A stretch of DNA of 61,057 nt, the filler included, from Sphacelaria rigidula (Eukaryota): the NCBI GenBank assembly GCA_964200075.2. It is 5 parts of 5 records of this genome, joined end to end, with 100 filler letters (N's around TTAATTAATTAA, not from the genome) between each part and the next. Parts side by side here need not be neighbours in the genome. Positions count along the whole stretch, not along the records: positions 48,930 to 61,057 come from CAXNAA020004094.1; 4 more parts are not named here. One strand, 5' to 3'. Position numbers and translations under genes: made by a program. This document shows, piece by piece, positions 61,053-61,057 of the stretch; position 1 is the stretch's first letter, and the number at the start of each line of letters is the position of its first letter. The notes beneath the pieces are model-generated. The model ran no database searches, had not been told where the DNA came from, and saw only the letters and a program-made list of their open reading frames with translations.

Positions 61053-61057
61053 CACAG

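Noticed and set aside
48930-61057. Copies D and E as TIRs of one 12-kb composite transposon
   Set aside because: Other copies are stand-alone with their own TSDs, and copy E interrupts the Copia RT independently.

Overview
Eukaryotic, intron-rich, repeat-rich DNA of about 50% GC. Gene and retroelement style suggests a brown alga or other stramenopile (inference, not verified). The window is not one locus. It is five unrelated scaffolds of 12134, 12134, 12132, 12129 and 12128 bp (1-12134, 12235-24368, 24469-36600, 36701-48829, 48930-61057), joined by artificial 100-bp N44-TTAATTAATTAA-N44 linkers. Scaffold 1 has three phase-compatible exons of a Parkin-like RBR E3 ligase (minus strand), MITEs and decayed coding remnants. 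Scaffold 2 has the first three exons of an N-myristoylated CDPK/CaMK-type kinase (minus) head-to-head with a Pro/Gln-rich first exon (plus). Scaffold 3 has a foldback and a roughly 5-kb satellite with higher-order structure. Scaffold 4 has two exons of a secreted protein, many MITEs and foldbacks, and tRNA-derived SINEs. Scaffold 5 has a decayed chromodomain Ty3/Gypsy element and a decayed Ty1/Copia element interrupted by a 2.3-kb TA-flanked TIR element. The most striking observation is a 64-bp element with fixed ends, present five times on four scaffolds, always next to a C-run and flanked by target-site duplications where both flanks are visible. Next are the Parkin-type RING1 signature and a possible Tudor-like domain after the Gypsy chromodomain.
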